Positions 34,723 to 49,348 are shown, counted from the first letter of the whole stretch. The stretch is DNA of 64,000 bases, filler included, from Diploschistes diacapsis (GCA_023645945.1; 30 parts of 30 records of this genome joined end to end with filler, not necessarily neighbours in it), one strand, 5' to 3'. Notes: generated by a model not told the origin, from the sequence alone. Numbers and translations: made by a program.

Positions 34723-35608
34723 TGTTGAGCAGGCAGGCAGAATGCATGGCTGGGAGGTTCAGCTGAACCCACTGGGGTTCCTGCTAATCCGGGTTGGGAG
34801 TAGCGCAAGCCTGTAGGACTTAGTGGATCCCATAGGTATAAAAGCTTGCATATAAGTTATTCCTCTAAGATAGATCTTTAGACTTCAATATATACACACG
34901 TTGCATATTAGGTTATGAACCCGGGTTAGTTTATTATCCCGTCGCGTATATATATTGAAAGTGTCTCCGGGTAGGTGTTACCGTTACGACTACGGGATCC
35001 AATTACGCTACCTATTATAGGTTTAATTAAAGAAATCCCTAAATCCCTAAATCTAAATTATAGCACCCTAAGGTGGTCAGATCCAAAATAGAAATTAAAT
35101 TACTTATCAATAAAACGCGGGCACCGATTACGCTGCTCTAAAAGAACTAAATTAACTAAACTACGTCAAAGTTCAGAACCTAAATACAGGTTTATTTAAT
35201 TAACATCCGAAAAACTTCCTTCTCGATAAGTATCGAAGTTTAGCTGAACTCGCTAAACTTATTCGATTATTTTTACTTCTTTAGCAGAAAACTTACACCT
35301 CTCTGCTTTATTTATCAACGATTTACCAACTACGATTCATTCATTATACCAAATCTTCTATAATTACGAAAAAACTGCAATTATAAAAGATATTATAAAT
35401 AAAAAAAGAGTAGCTCCAGTACTAAGTAAGAAAAACCATAAAGAATTATTTATATTAGTTAAGAGTTATCTCTAAAACGAAGGAGCAAACGACGTATTGC
35501 TGTACGAAGCACCGCTTAGTTATGACACCGATACTCCAACATCGAACAGTCAGTTTAATTTAACACCTAAACTTTTATATATTAAAGATCAATAACGAAA
35601 GTACTAGG
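34723..35608 (+). mobile_element. Copia family C 5' LTR (34723-34910), PBS and internal region
   Basis: TGTTGAGCAGGCAGG start, GGTTATGAACCC PBS at 34911, and an interior matching 8942-9454. Confidence 0.8.
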
Positions 35609-35886
35609 TATTACGATCCAAGTACCAGACTTGGCACGTCTCAGCTTTGTATATAGATCAGTCACGGGACCAGGGGTCACGTGATGCGTTTACTGCTCGC
35701 GCTTATTCTCGTGAGCGGCGAGTAAGCTTTCGCCACCGCTCGACGATCGCGTTTATTTTCGTAAACGGCGAGTCTCGAAAACATCGTTCGTTAAATTTAC
35801 GATAAACGGCGAGCGAGCTAATTATATATAAACACGACTTTATTTTCGTAAAAGAAAACGTGTTTACTTTTATAAATATCTTAAAT
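35609..35886 (+). mobile_element. Family B LTR, truncated by the contig end
   Basis: TATTACGATCCAAGTACCAGACTTGGC start, matching 3011 and 40114. Confidence 0.8.
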
Positions 35887-36049
35887 NNNNNNNNNNNNNN
35901 NNNNNNNNNNNNNNNNNNNNNNNNNNNNNNTTAATTAATTAANNNNNNNNNNNNNNNNNNNNNNNNNNNNNNNNNNNNNNNNNNNNTAATAATATCGTAC
36001 ATTATCGTTAATTAACAGATACGAAAATGGTTGGTTAAAAAATAAAAAA

Positions 36050-36270
36050 CTTGGGAAATAATAGACTCGAAAGCAATATTTTGAAAATAATAGATTTAAA
36101 GCAATAAATACGAAAACAGTAGATATAAAAATAACAGATTTAAATAGCAATTAATACGAAAACAGTAAATATAAAAACAATAGATTTAAATAGCAATAAA
36201 TAGGAAAATAATAAATACGAAATAGTAAATACCTAATAGTAAATACGAAACTCATAAATTTGAAAGCAAT
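36050..36270. repeat. Degenerate A-rich tandem repeat (about 15-nt subunits in about 46-nt higher-order units)
   Basis: Recurrent ATACGAAAACAGTAGATATAAAAA and TAGATTTAAATAGCAA. Confidence 0.6.
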
Positions 36271-36819
36271 AGAGTAGCCGACCACCATATAAGACGTACT
36301 ATCATATGAGTCGTTTTTTGTATGTTACTCGCCTTCAACGCGCAATCACATCGTAATAATATTTATATTCTTTATATTAATCTATTTATTAAATTCTTTA
36401 TTTAACGTGTTTCACGGTCATCTCGGCCACCCCCCCATCTCGGTCACCTTAAATCATTATCGCTAACATTCTACGGTTTTTAGATACAACCTATTCGTCG
36501 CAATTAGAATCTAATCGATCTAAATCGAATCTATTTTTTTCCTCTTTATCTTTCTCGATTTCAAAAACGCGACGATGTTTTTTACGCGTTATAAATCGTT
36601 TCGAAATTATTCGACTCTGTTTGGCAACGTAACGGATGTATTGAAGTCTAGAGTATCTATCTAGGAGGTTATCCTACTTTGCAGACTTTTATCCTCGTGG
36701 GATACGCTAAGCCCTATTACTTATATTATTCCCTATTCGGTCTAGTAGGAATTCTAGGAGGTTCAGCTGAACTGAACCTCGGAGTTTAGTTGAACTGAAC
36801 CTTCCTCTAAAATTCAGTG

Positions 36820-37373
36820 ATATTTTTAATTATTAACGTCTATTTAATAACATTCTAAATCTTTAATTACTATAACCGCCAATAAAATCTTTAACGAGTC
36901 AACTCGAATAATAAGAACAAATGTTTTATCAAAATCGATATTTTACCTTTACGAGAATCCTCTTATGATTAATCTAGCTTTAAATCTTTCAATATCGCTA
37001 TTAAAATTATATTTAACATCGAAAACCCATCTTAAACTTACAATATTAATAGGTTCCAATGGTTCAGGTAGTTCAATCCAGATCTAATTTAATAATAAAA
37101 AATCGATTTTTTTCTTTACTGTTACTTCACATTCTTATCCGAAGATTAAATCATCTACGATCTCTTTATAATTCCTTAAAATACTAACACGCGTCGATTT
37201 TAAACCAACATCGCTTATTATTTTTATTTATTTACTATAAGCGTTATAACTTCTCAATATTTTAATCAATAAAAAATGTTCCATCTCCCACTGTTACTTA
37301 TTAATAACAGAATTCGTGTTATATATTTTCTTAATATCTTAAACAATTATAATTATTAAAATGTCGTTTATAT
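36820..37373 (-). mobile_element. RIP-degenerate Ty1/copia reverse transcriptase, N-terminal part
   Basis: Homologous to 41650-41831, with a decayed FKARL..RG..Q..G.DF..TF.P......S.R..LA motif. Confidence 0.7.
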
Positions 37374-38122
37374 NNNNNNNNNNNNNNNNNNNNNNNNNNN
37401 NNNNNNNNNNNNNNNNNTTAATTAATTAANNNNNNNNNNNNNNNNNNNNNNNNNNNNNNNNNNNNNNNNNNNNTTTTTTTAAATAATTATTTATAGTATT
37501 AGCGTCTGATTAGGTAATTATTGTCCACGTTATTGATACGTAAATCCATGGTATTTCATTTATTAATATCGATTACGATAAATGACTTAATAGGCTAATC
37601 GATAAGCAAGATAATTTAATAAAAGAAATCGCAACATATTTATTTTACTACAAAAGATCTTCTCGACGATTCGACGAGAAGCGACGCCGTCGTTCTAATC
37701 AAAGAAGCTTACCTAAAGGATATTTTATTTTATTATAATAATCATCGCGCAATAAATTATAAGCTCGTTAAGAAACTTAGAAAGATAATTATGGTAACAA
37801 AAAACAAGAAACGGGAAAAGGAATCACGAGATATCCATAACTAGAAGAGTAAGAACAAACGCGTTTATAATACAGAAAATTCAGGTAGTAAGAATTCAAG
37901 AATCGATATTAAATCTGTACCTAAATTTAAACCCCGATTATAACTAATTAACCCATCTCTTTAAATGTTTCTTACGTTCTTACTGATAAAATGATTATTA
38001 ACGAGCTTACGAAACCATTAAATTATTCGAAATATGACGCCTTTATTAAAGAACTCGGCCGAGTTTAATAAATATCTAATCAAACAATATAAATATACTA
38101 TATAATTCCGTCTATGAAGGAA

Positions 38123-38318
38123 TATTAAGTAGACAGGCCGAAGGTATGGCTGAAATTTTAATTAAATTCTAAACGGAAATTCAGTTTAATTAAACCGATC
38201 GGGAGTATTGTTGATAGTAAGGCTTAACGGATCCCCTGGGATATAAAAGTCTGCGTAATAGGATACTTTCATAGATTAAGACCACTAGACTTCAATATAT
38301 CCATTACGTTGCTCAACA
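38123..38318 (+). mobile_element. Copia family C 3' LTR
   Basis: Preceded by a decayed PPT and ends TTGCTCAACA. Confidence 0.7.
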
Positions 38319-38329
38319 ACATCTTAATT

Positions 38330-38859
38330 TCTAGACACGAATATAATCTGTTAACGGTTTTTTCGTTTAATCAATGCTCGGCAAACGTCGCGACTAAATC
38401 GTTTAGTTTAAATCCTAGTGCAGTCCTATTTCGGATATAGTATTAAACCAATATTACTTCGTTATAAAAAGCGTATCCTTATTTCGTTCCTTTAATTATG
38501 GCAAGGGTGTTTATTTCGGTAATTTATATAAATCTTTCGGCAACATTATTGTAATTTAATATATATAATATTATCGGTTCTATCTAAATTCATAAACTGT
38601 TTTCCCAATTCTCGATTACACAAATCCATTTAAATGTATTATCTAAACGCATCGCTTTTAACTATTTAACTTTTTAAGGCTTTATATTCATTTATTAAAA
38701 TTATGAAATTAGAATAGTATCCTTCCGAATTTTATAAAAAATGAACCAAGTTTTTCGCGAGTAATTATCTACTATTTTTATAAAAAACTAAATATTATTA
38801 AATAACCTTAAGAACGGTTTATAGATATCGATATTTATTAAATCTAAAATGTTTTACTT
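38330..38859 (-). mobile_element. RIP-degenerate Ty1/copia integrase core
   Basis: The minus strand gives LKAMRLDN, NNVAERFI (QNGVAER-like) and YIRNRT. Overlapping homology with 46384-46610. Confidence 0.7.
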
Positions 38860-39634
38860 NNNNNNNNNNNNNNNNNNNNNNNNNNNNNNNNNNNNNNNNN
38901 NNNTTAATTAATTAANNNNNNNNNNNNNNNNNNNNNNNNNNNNNNNNNNNNNNNNNNNNGCTGTGAAGTGCCAAGTGGCTACCACCTAGTCACTTGGACT
39001 GTAACAAAAACACGGACAATAATACTGATATTATATTATAATAAAAACATGAATACGGATACCGTAATTAAAAATTTTAAAATATTAATATTAATACGGA
39101 TATTATACTTTCGTGAATTCACGAACACGGACACCGCAGTTAAAAAATCTAAAATACTGATATTAACATTGCCGGTGTCCGTGTCACGGATACGGTAGTG
39201 TTAGTGTTAGTGACGGCTGGCCTAGTTAGTTTATTTTGTTTACGATATTATTACCGCGGTAAACTAATATAAATAGAAATAATTAGATATTAACGTAAAA
39301 CGTGTTTTTTAACGTGTTTAAATCATAACGTGCTTTTACGGATTATAGGTAAATACTGTAATTAAAATTCGAAAAGGTTTACTTTCGGTACTATATTATA
39401 AAGCGCAAAAAGAGAAAAAGTGAAAGCTAAAAATAGAAAGTCGGAAAATAAATAATCGAAAATATTAAAACATTTTTTTAGAAAAGAGATGGCCGATTTA
39501 GTTAACGTAGGACCATTTTTGATTTAACTTGATCGACGGATTTCGGGAAATAGAAAAGACTGAACTTCTAAGTTACCGTTATATGACTCGGGTTGATCAC
39601 TGGGAGTAAAAACAGAAACCCTCAGGATGCTGTG

Positions 39635-40088
39635 TGTTATGATCTCTATCTCTACAACGTAGACACGAGGTATTGATCAAGGTAGGTTTTGTCTCTAGTA
39701 GAAGAGGAGTATAAAAGGAGAAGAAATAGATCGGTAATAGGTCTGTTCTAATCTTTAAAAAGATTATTATTTAATAATAAAAGATAACGAATATAAATTG
39801 ATCTTTAATAATCGCTAAGGATATTTATAAAAATAAACATATCCCGATTTATAAGAATTATAACGCGTTCTTATATAATCAATTACTTCTTAATAAAATA
39901 AATTAATAAATAAATATAACTATTATTCTCCCGTTTTATTTATAAAGAATAAAATAACCTTTAAGGCTTTTTATTTATTACGTGACCAGTGTTATTATAA
40001 TTGAACTATATACAAAGAATAATTGGATTAGGCCCGATCAGCTGTGAAGTGCCAAGTGGACTACCACCTAGTTACTTAGATCGTAACA
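39635..40088 (-). mobile_element. Family B LTR (454 bp)
   Basis: TGTTATGATC...GATCGTAACA. An oppositely oriented LTR starts at 40114. Confidence 0.85.
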
Positions 40089-40586
40089 ATTATTAAGTAA
40101 TCGAATAGATTTATGTTACGATCCAAGTACCAGACTTGGCACGTCCTAGCTTTGTATATAGATCAGTCACGGGACTGGGGGTCACGTGATGCGCTTATTG
40201 CTCGCGTTTATTGTCGTAAACGACGAGCCTCGAGAGCACCGCTTACTAAACTTATAATAAACGGCGAGCGAGCTAATTATATATAAGCACGGTTTTATCT
40301 TCGTGAAAAAAGATATATTTATTTTTATAAATATCTTTAATTATTNNNNNNNNNNNNNNNNNNNNNNNNNNNNNNNNNNNNNNNNNNNNTTAATTAATTA
40401 ANNNNNNNNNNNNNNNNNNNNNNNNNNNNNNNNNNNNNNNNNNNNGTTTCTATATTTATTAACTTTAGATACCTTTACTGATTTAGATCAATAAGGGCGT
40501 TTACTCGATTTCCGTTAAATCGACATTATATAGTTTAATTGGATTTATATTTCCTTTATTTTTTATATTTATTATAAGTTTTATAC

Positions 40587-41179
40587 TAGGCTGGCCGTTT
40601 CGTGCCACGGTCACTGACACGGACACTGCAGCAAAAAATTTTAAAACACGGACACTGACACGGACACGACAGTTAAAATTTTAAAACACGGACACTGACA
40701 CGGACATTACACTACAGTAAAAGCACGGACACGGACACTACAATTAAAAATTTTAAAACATTAATATTAACACGAACACTACATTTCCGTAAATCCATCG
40801 AAATACTATAATAAATCCATCGAAATACCGCAGTAAAATTTTTTTAAAAAAATAAGAACGTAAGAAATAGACGTAATAATTCTAGAATGAATTAAAATTA
40901 AAAAAATAATTTAAAGTATTTCGGTGAATGCACGGATACGGACACTATAATAAAAATTTTCTCGACACGGACATTGACACGGATATTACACTATAATAAA
41001 AGCACGGACACGGATACTATAATTAAAATTTTTAAAATATTAATATTAATACGGACACTACATATCCGTAAATCCACGGACACGGACACCGCAGCTAAAA
41101 AATCTAAAACACGGATACTGACACTGTCAGTGTCCGTGTCACTAACACGGCTGTGTCAGTGTCAGTAACGGCAAGCCTA
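40587..41179. mobile_element. hAT-type non-autonomous element, long variant (593 bp)
   Basis: Both TIRs are present, with ACACGGACAC arrays and a central AT-rich spacer. Confidence 0.8.
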
Positions 41180-41189
41180 ATATATATCC

Positions 41190-41831
41190 GTTATTATCTT
41201 AAAACGTTAAAGCATCTTTTCGACGTATATTTCTTAATTTAGGGTCAATTTAGTTAAACTTATTAAACCTGAATCTAAACTGCGCTATCGCTGAACTCTT
41301 ATATCTAAAAGCTTTTTTATTTCTTTCAAATCCTTAACCTTATAGCGTTCAGCCAGTGCTTTCTTAAACTAATATACATCATATAAATCCGATACTACGA
41401 TAATAATATCGTTCACGTAAAGACCAATTAATAACTTTCGATCTCGTAAAATAAAGACGTACGAATTAGTATTAAATCGAACGAATTTTAGGTTTAAGAT
41501 TATACTGCCGTATTCTTTATATTAATCTTTAATCGTCTATTTTAATCTATATAAGCTTTTATTAATCTTAAATACGGTACCCTTTAGAACGCTATATCCA
41601 TCTAATACGGTTATATAGATCTAATACGTCAATAATATTTCGATAAACGTATTATTAACGTCTATTTAATAACATTCTAGATCTTTAGCTGCTATAATCG
41701 TCAGTAGAATTCGTAGCGAATCGACTCGAATAATAAAAATAAATATCTCGTCGAAATCGAGATTTTGTTTTTTTGAAAAACCTTTTACGATTAATCTAGC
41801 TTTAAACCTTTTAATATTATTATTAAGATTA
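41190..41831 (-). mobile_element. RIP-degenerate Ty1/copia reverse transcriptase
   Basis: The minus strand reads IGLYVNDI (decayed YVDD) near 41405-41430, with KALY.L and FKARL motifs. Confidence 0.8.
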
Positions 41832-42058
41832 NNNNNNNNNNNNNNNNNNNNNNNNNNNNNNNNNNNNNNNNNNNNTTAATTAATTAANNNNNNNNNNNNN
41901 NNNNNNNNNNNNNNNNNNNNNNNNNNNNNNNTGTTAATATATATATATATATCTCTATTTAAATCAAAAGTTCGTGTCTTGAAATTAATTATTAAATTAT
42001 AAATGTTTAAGCAAGGATTTCCGAGAATGATATCGTAGATAGCTATCTTTATTACGTC

Positions 42059-43103
42059 TAAAACGCCAGCGCAGGAATGGAATACAACACTACCGGGGGC
42101 TGGGCCTGATCCGGAAGGATTACGTGTAGCTAGGCATCTGCAGGTAAAAGGTCTCGATTCGAAAAGCTAGAGAAGAAACTATCTAAGTGGGAGGGTGGCA
42201 GGAATAAATAGTGTGTGGGTGCCAGCCCTACGGGGTTCGGGTACTACCTGCCTACACAGCCACCTCCTGACCTCCTTGGCACGGGTGGCTGCGGCTATCC
42301 CCCTGTGGGACTCGTTATGTGACCATGCCGTCGTCATGTGACCCTGTCGTCATGTGACCCTGCCGTCATGTGACCTCGGTGGCTTGGCAGGCGCCCAGGC
42401 TGATCTGTCTTACTACCCTTTTCTCTAGATGCTTGTGTCTCTTACAAGTGCGATGCTTCTTTTTAGTTATATTACATCTCGATCTCTACCCTTTTGCTAC
42501 ATTTCTTTAAAAGGATACCCGTTATTCTTTTAAAACTATTATTTATTTATTCTCGAACCCCTTTCGGCGGCGTTCTTAATTAAATATGTTTCTAGATTTT
42601 ATAGAAGAACGTAGTCGTCGTGATGGTCGATATCGCTTCATTCTGAAAACTCGCCCCCGTCTGTAATTTTTATTGGCGTAGGTTGTCTATTTTCAGGCGT
42701 TATTAGCTATAGGGGTCTCATTTTTTTGGAATTTAGTTGATAAAACTCCCGTAAGATATCGAAAACATTTTCGAAATTAATAACGGGATATTAATTATCG
42801 TCGGTTAGTTATTTCACCCAACGTATTTTATACTGGACGTTTAATTCTCGTTTGGGGTCACGTCTGACGTCGAAGATTTTTTCGACCTCCTATTCTTTTC
42901 CGGCATCTATTTTTATCGGAAATAATTTAGAATGCTTTTATCCCTTTAATAGGTCCCGTGGGCCTTTTAGAAGTAAGAATAAATAAAAGGATTTGAACTA
43001 GTTTATCGACGCTAATAGGTTTAGTTCATAATCGACGTTATTTAGCTTTCGTAGCACGTTATATAGACCGCTTTATTTATTATTTAGCTTTTTATAAGCC
43101 CGG
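42059..43103 (-). mobile_element. Chromovirus family E 3' LTR (42059-42412), PPT and integrase/chromodomain end
   Basis: LTR termini, a purine tract immediately internal, and homology to 603-1000. A family B LTR is inserted at 43104. Confidence 0.8.
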
Positions 43104-43416
43104 TGTTACGATCCAAGTAACTAGGTGGTAGTCCACTTGGCACTTCACAGCTGATCGGGCATCTTCCCAACCACTCCTTGTATATAATCCAATCATAATG
43201 ACGCTGATCACGTGATAAATAAAAAGCCTCGAAAACTATTTTACCCTCTATAAATAAAACGGGAGAATAATAGTTCTATCTATCTATTAATTTACTCCAT
43301 TAAAGAACAATTAATTNNNNNNNNNNNNNNNNNNNNNNNNNNNNNNNNNNNNNNNNNNNNTTAATTAATTAANNNNNNNNNNNNNNNNNNNNNNNNNNNN
43401 NNNNNNNNNNNNNNNN

Positions 43417-44422
43417 ATCACCGAAAGCATTTTATCTCAAAAAACCGATAACGGCCTATTATAACCCGTGATTTATTTATTTAAAAATATAGATCCGGCC
43501 CAACGTAATTATATAATATACGATAAAAAATGCTCGTTATTATAAAATATTTCGAAAAATAAAAACCCGAATTATTAACTTTTTTAATTAATCGATTTAT
43601 TTTAATATTAACGGATTATAAAACCCTTAAATACTTCACCACGAACAAATAATTAAACCGTAAATAAACCCGATAAATAGAATTCCTATCATAATTCGAC
43701 TTTAAGATCCAATACCGCCCCGAAACAAAGAACGTAAAAACCGACCTACTTACGAGGAAATTAAACACGAGCGAAACCCCGAAAGCCAAAAAAGATCCCT
43801 ATATATAACAAACGCTAATCAAGCCCGAACAGCTTTCCGAAAAAATCAAAAAAAATCTAAATATACACGCCTTAAATAAGAAGATAAATCAGACTCCCGG
43901 GACACCAGAAACGACTACGAAAGACCCGGACTTTATCGAAATACCTATTTCTATTATTAAAATAACCCCCGCGGATAACGCCCCGACGATAATTAAAAAA
44001 ATAAAAAACACTAACCGACGGAACCAAACATTCAACGAAATCAAGATCAGATTAAAGGAAGGTAGAACCACGGGATCCCTTTACGGCTACCGCCTGGACG
44101 CTTACAGGACGGACGGGACCCTATTATAGATTAATAATAAACTCGCCGTCCCGAAAGATCGAATTATTTATATTATTTAATCAATTTATTACGATAAAAA
44201 GATAAGATACGCGAAAATTAATATAACCTTTTAAATAATTAAAAGAGATTTTAAATTCCTTCGGATGAAAACTATCATCGCCCGATTCATTAAAAACTAC
44301 CACGATTACCGCCGAGCAAAACTAACTACCCAAGCTTCCCAGAAACTTCAGAAACCGTTATCCATCCCCGACAAACCGTGGACAGATATTTTAATAAATT
44401 TCGTAACCGGATTACCCGAAAA
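43417..44422 (+). mobile_element. RIP-degenerate Ty3/gypsy RNase H and integrase N-terminus
   Basis: YDKKMLVIIKYFEK (YDKEMLAII-like), TDYKTLKYF, QYRP, and LQKPLSIPDKPWTDILINFVTGLP. A hAT copy is inserted at 44423. Paralog at 47867-48880. Confidence 0.85.
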
Positions 44423-45208
44423 TAGGCTGGCCGTTTCGTGCCACGGACACTTCCACGGACACTATCGAGAAAATTTTTAAAACACGATACTGCCACGGAC
44501 ACTACCGTTAAAATTTTAAAACACGGACACTTCCACGGACATTACTTTATAATAAAAGTACGAACACGGACATTACGATTAAAAAATTTAAAACACGGAT
44601 ATTTCCACGGATATTATCGTTAAAAATTTTAAAACACGATATTGTCACGGATATTATATTATAATAAATTTATTAAAATATTATCGTAAATTTATCGAAA
44701 CATCGTAATAAAAAAATAAAAACGTAAAAAATAAACGTAATAATTTTAAAATTATTAAAAAATAAATATTATTTAAAAGTATTTCGGTGAATATATAAAC
44801 NNNNNNNNNNNNNNNNNNNNNNNNNNNNNNNNNNNNNNNNNNNNTTAATTAATTAANNNNNNNNNNNNNNNNNNNNNNNNNNNNNNNNNNNNNNNNNNNN
44901 GATACGGATATCGTAATAAAAAATTTCTCGGTACGGATATTAATACGAATATTGTTGAGCGGACAGGCAGAAGGCATGGCAGGCTCGACCCAATTCCGGA
45001 AGGTTCAGGTCAGATGAACCAGGAAGTTCAGTTCAGATGAACTTCCTCTCTGAACCTGCTGGGATTCTGGCTAGACCGGTTCGGGAGTAGCGAAAATAGT
45101 AAAACTTAGCGCCCATCGTAGAAAATAAAAGTCTATATAATAAAATATTTCCTAAGATAAGATCTCTAGACTTTAATACATCCGTTACATTATTAAATAA
45201 ATTATAAA

Positions 45209-46220
45209 TGAAACGCCAGCGCAGGAATGGAATACTACACTACCGGGGGCTGAGCCTGATCCGGAAGGATTACGTGTAGCTAGGCATTTATAGGTAAAAG
45301 GTCTCGATTCGAAAAGCTAGAGACGAAACTATTTAAATGGGAGGGTGGCAGGAATAAATAGTGTATAAATGCCAGCCTTATAGGGTTCGGGTCCTATCCG
45401 TTTATATAACTACCTTTTAACATCTTTAGCACGGTTAACATCTATCATGTAATTCTGTCGTTATATAATTTTGTCGTTACATGATCCCGGTGGCTTGGCA
45501 GGCGTTTAGGTTGATTTGTCTTATTACCCCCCTCTCTAGATGCTTATATCTCTTATAAGCGTTATGTTCTTTTTAGGTAATTTATATCTCGATTTCTTTC
45601 TTATTACTGCATTTATTTAAAAAGATACCCGTTATTCTTTCGTGATTAACGTTTTTTTCTTCTTAAATCCTTTTTAGCGGCGTTTTTAGTTAAATATATT
45701 TTTAGATTTTATAAAAGAACGTGATCGTCGTAATAATCGATACCGTTTTATTTTAAAAGCTCGTCCCCGTTTATATTTATTATTAACGTAGGTTAACTAT
45801 TTTTAAGCGTTATAAATTATAAGGGTTTTATCTTTTCGGGATTTAATTAATAAAATTCTTGTAAAATGTCGAAAATATTTTCGAAATTTACGGCGGGATA
45901 TTCATTATCGTCGGGTAATTATTTTATTTAACGTATTTTATATTGGACGTTTAGTCTTCGTTCGGGGTCACGTTTGGCGCCGAAGATTTTTTTTAATTCT
46001 TATTCTTTTCCGACTTTCGTTTTTATTAAAAATCGTTTAGAATGCGTTTATTCTTTTAATAAGTTTTACGGGTTTTTTAAAAGTAAAGATGAATGAAAGG
46101 TTTTGAATTATTTTATTAATATTGATAAATTTAGTTCGTAATCGACGTCGTTTAATTTTCGTAATACGTTATAAAGGTCGTTTTATTTATTATTAAATTT
46201 TTTATAGGCTCGGATGATAT
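45209..46220 (-). mobile_element. Chromovirus family E 3' LTR and integrase/chromodomain end
   Basis: TGAAACGCCAGCGCAGG terminus; colinear with 42059-43103. Confidence 0.8.
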
Positions 46221-46692
46221 TTGTAAAGGTTAATACTACAGTGTGACAATAAGGCAGATAAGCGGCTATTCGGTGGCTAGATCNNNNNNNNNNNNNNNNN
46301 NNNNNNNNNNNNNNNNNNNNNNNNNNNTTAATTAATTAANNNNNNNNNNNNNNNNNNNNNNNNNNNNNNNNNNNNNNNNNNNNCGAAACATACCGCTTTT
46401 AGTTGCTTGCCGTTTTAAAACTCTATATTTATTTTTTAGAATTATAGAATACGAATAACATCTTTTCGAGTTTTATAAGAAATAAATCAGGTTTTTCGCG
46501 AGTAATTATCGATAATTTCTATAAGGTACTAGTTGTTATTAAATGACCTTAAGAAGAATTTACAGATGTCGATATTTATTAAATTTAAAATGCTTTACTT
46601 ATACTTGGCCAGGGTACGGCCAATCTATTATTTAGTTTTTATTATTTAGCATATTTTATACGTATAAGGTGCGATACGGATAGGATTAAAGT

Positions 46693-47248
46693 TAGGCTGG
46701 CCGTCACTGACACTGACACGGCCGTGTCAGTGTCCGTGTTTTAGATTTTTTTGCTGCGGTGTCCGTGTCCGTGGTTTCACGGAAATGCAATATCCGTGTC
46801 AGTATCCGTGTTTTAGATTTTTTAATTACGGTGTCCGTGTCCGTGGATTTACGAAAATGTAATGTCCGTATTAATATCCGTGTTTTAAAATTTTTAATTG
46901 CGGTGTCCGTGTCCGTGTCCGTGTTTTCAAAAATAATTTTTCAAAAATAAAAGCGTAAGAAATAAGCGTGATAATTTTAAAAATATTAAAAAAAAAAAAT
47001 GTTTCCGTGCTTTCACTATAATGCAATATCCGTGTCAGTGGATTCACGGAAATGTAATATCCGTGTCAGTGTCCGTGTTTTAAATTTTTTAATTGCGGTG
47101 TCCGTGTTCGTGGATTTACGGAAAGGTAGTGTCCGTGTCAATATCCGTGTTTTAAAATTTTAACTGTAGTGTCCGTGTCAGTGTCCGTGTTTTGAAATTT
47201 TTACTGTAGTGTCCGTGTCAGTGACCGTGGCACGAAACGGCCAGCCTA
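46693..47248. mobile_element. hAT-type non-autonomous element with 8-bp TSD GATTAAAG
   Basis: TIRs are intact. GATTAAAG occurs at 46684-46691 (one extra T before the TIR) and at 47249-47256. Confidence 0.8.
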
Positions 47249-47866
47249 GATTAAAGAAAGTCGTAATTTCGTACAGGTTCTAGAGCTTTTTAGGTCCCAT
47301 ATAAGCCATGCGTGCGTGCTATAGCTGATAATTGTTTTTATTAGATTGAATTTTTGGATTTAGTTTAGGTTCAGGTTTAGCTGTTGGGTACATAATTACT
47401 TTATACGTATATTCTTTTTTTATAATTTTGTTCGAGTAATAAACTTCATTCTTCTTTTTATATATAAGAATGATCCGTCCGTCGTTATCGTGTAGATATA
47501 AGTCGTTTTAATTAAAACTTTTCCATAATTTTGTTTTACATAACTTCTATTCCGATAAGAGATTGCTTTCAGTTTAAGGAAGTTTATAATATATATTAAA
47601 TATAAAATATCGGAATCTGATTTTTTTAGCGTAACGTAAGGTGATCCGAATAGATTATTTCTTTCTCGATTTCGATTCGCAGTCTTCGAATAAAAGTTAA
47701 ATATCTAGATAAATAAGTTGGTTAGTTATAATTGGGGTTTAGGTTCAGGTTTAGGTTATTTTTAAANNNNNNNNNNNNNNNNNNNNNNNNNNNNNNNNNN
47801 NNNNNNNNNNTTAATTAATTAANNNNNNNNNNNNNNNNNNNNNNNNNNNNNNNNNNNNNNNNNNNN

Positions 47867-48880
47867 ATTATATAGTAATTCGAGAGATAAAAGCCCGAAT
47901 TACTAGCTTTTTTAATTAATCGGTTTGTTTTAATATTAACCGATTACAAAGCCCTGGAATATTTTATTACGAATAAATAATTAAACCGTAAATAAACCCG
48001 ATGGACAGAATTTTTATTATAATTTAATTTTAAGCTCTAATACCGCCCCGGAGTAAAAAACGTGAAAACCGATTTACTTACGAGAAAACTTAACACGAAC
48101 AAAACCCCGAAAACCAAAAAAGATCCTTATATATAACAAACGTTAATCAAACCCGAACAACTTTTTAAAGAAATTAAACGGGACCTAAATATACACGTTT
48201 TAAACAGAAAAAAGATTAAACTCCCGAAACATTAGAAATAATTATTAAAAACCCGGACCTTATTAAGTTACTTATTTTTATTATTAAAACAACCCCCGCG
48301 GACGAGATCCCGACGATAACTAAAAAAATTATTCAAAAACGTTAATCGACGGAACCAAATATTTAACGAAATTAAAATTAAACTAAAAAAAAAATAAAAC
48401 CACGAGATCCCTTCACGGCTACCGCCTAGACGCTTATAAAACGGACGGGACCCTATTAAAAACCAACGATAAACTCGCCGTCCCGAAAAATCGAATTTTT
48501 TATATTGTTTAATCGATCTACTACGATAAAAAATAAAACACGTTAAAATCGATAAAACCTTCCGGGCAATTAAAAACAACTTTATATTCCCTTAAATAAA
48601 AACCATCATCGCCCGATTCATTCGGAATTACCACGATTACCGCCGAGCAAAACCAACGATCTAAATTCTTTAAAAACTCCAGAAACCATTACCCGTTCTT
48701 AATAAACCGTAAACAGATATTTTAATAAATTTTATGACCGGGTTTCCCAAAAAGTCGGAACAAAACAAGGCCATTATAATAATAATATACCGTTTATTAA
48801 AAGCAAGGCATTATATCTTTTATAAAATAAGAAATAAAGATATAAAGATTAAAACAGTAATCTAACTATTTTATAAATAT
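47867..48880 (+). mobile_element. RIP-degenerate Ty3/gypsy RNase H and integrase fragment
   Basis: Colinear with 43550-44422. Followed by a Copia LTR (~48881) that is itself interrupted by a family B LTR at 49042. Confidence 0.8.
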
Positions 48881-49348
48881 ATATTAAGCAGACAGGCAGA
48901 AGGCATGGCTGGGAGTTCGACTGGGTTCCAGGAGGAGGTTCAGTTTAGCTGAACTTTAAGGTTCAGTTCAGCTAAATCTTCTAGAATTCTAACTAGATCG
49001 ATTAAAAAATAATATAAATAATAAGACTTAACGTATCCCGCTGTTACGATCCAAGTAGCTAGGTGGTAGCCCACTTGGTACTTCACAGCTGATAGGGCCT
49101 AACCCAACCACTCCTTTTATAAGTCCAATCATGGTGACACTGGTCACGTGATGAGTAGAAAGCCTTAGAGGCTATTTTATCCTCTATAAGTAGAAAAAAA
49201 GAACAGTAATTCTATTTATCTATTGATTTACTCCGTTAAGAAGTAATTNNNNNNNNNNNNNNNNNNNNNNNNNNNNNNNNNNNNNNNNNNNNTTAATTAA
49301 TTAANNNNNNNNNNNNNNNNNNNNNNNNNNNNNNNNNNNNNNNNNNNN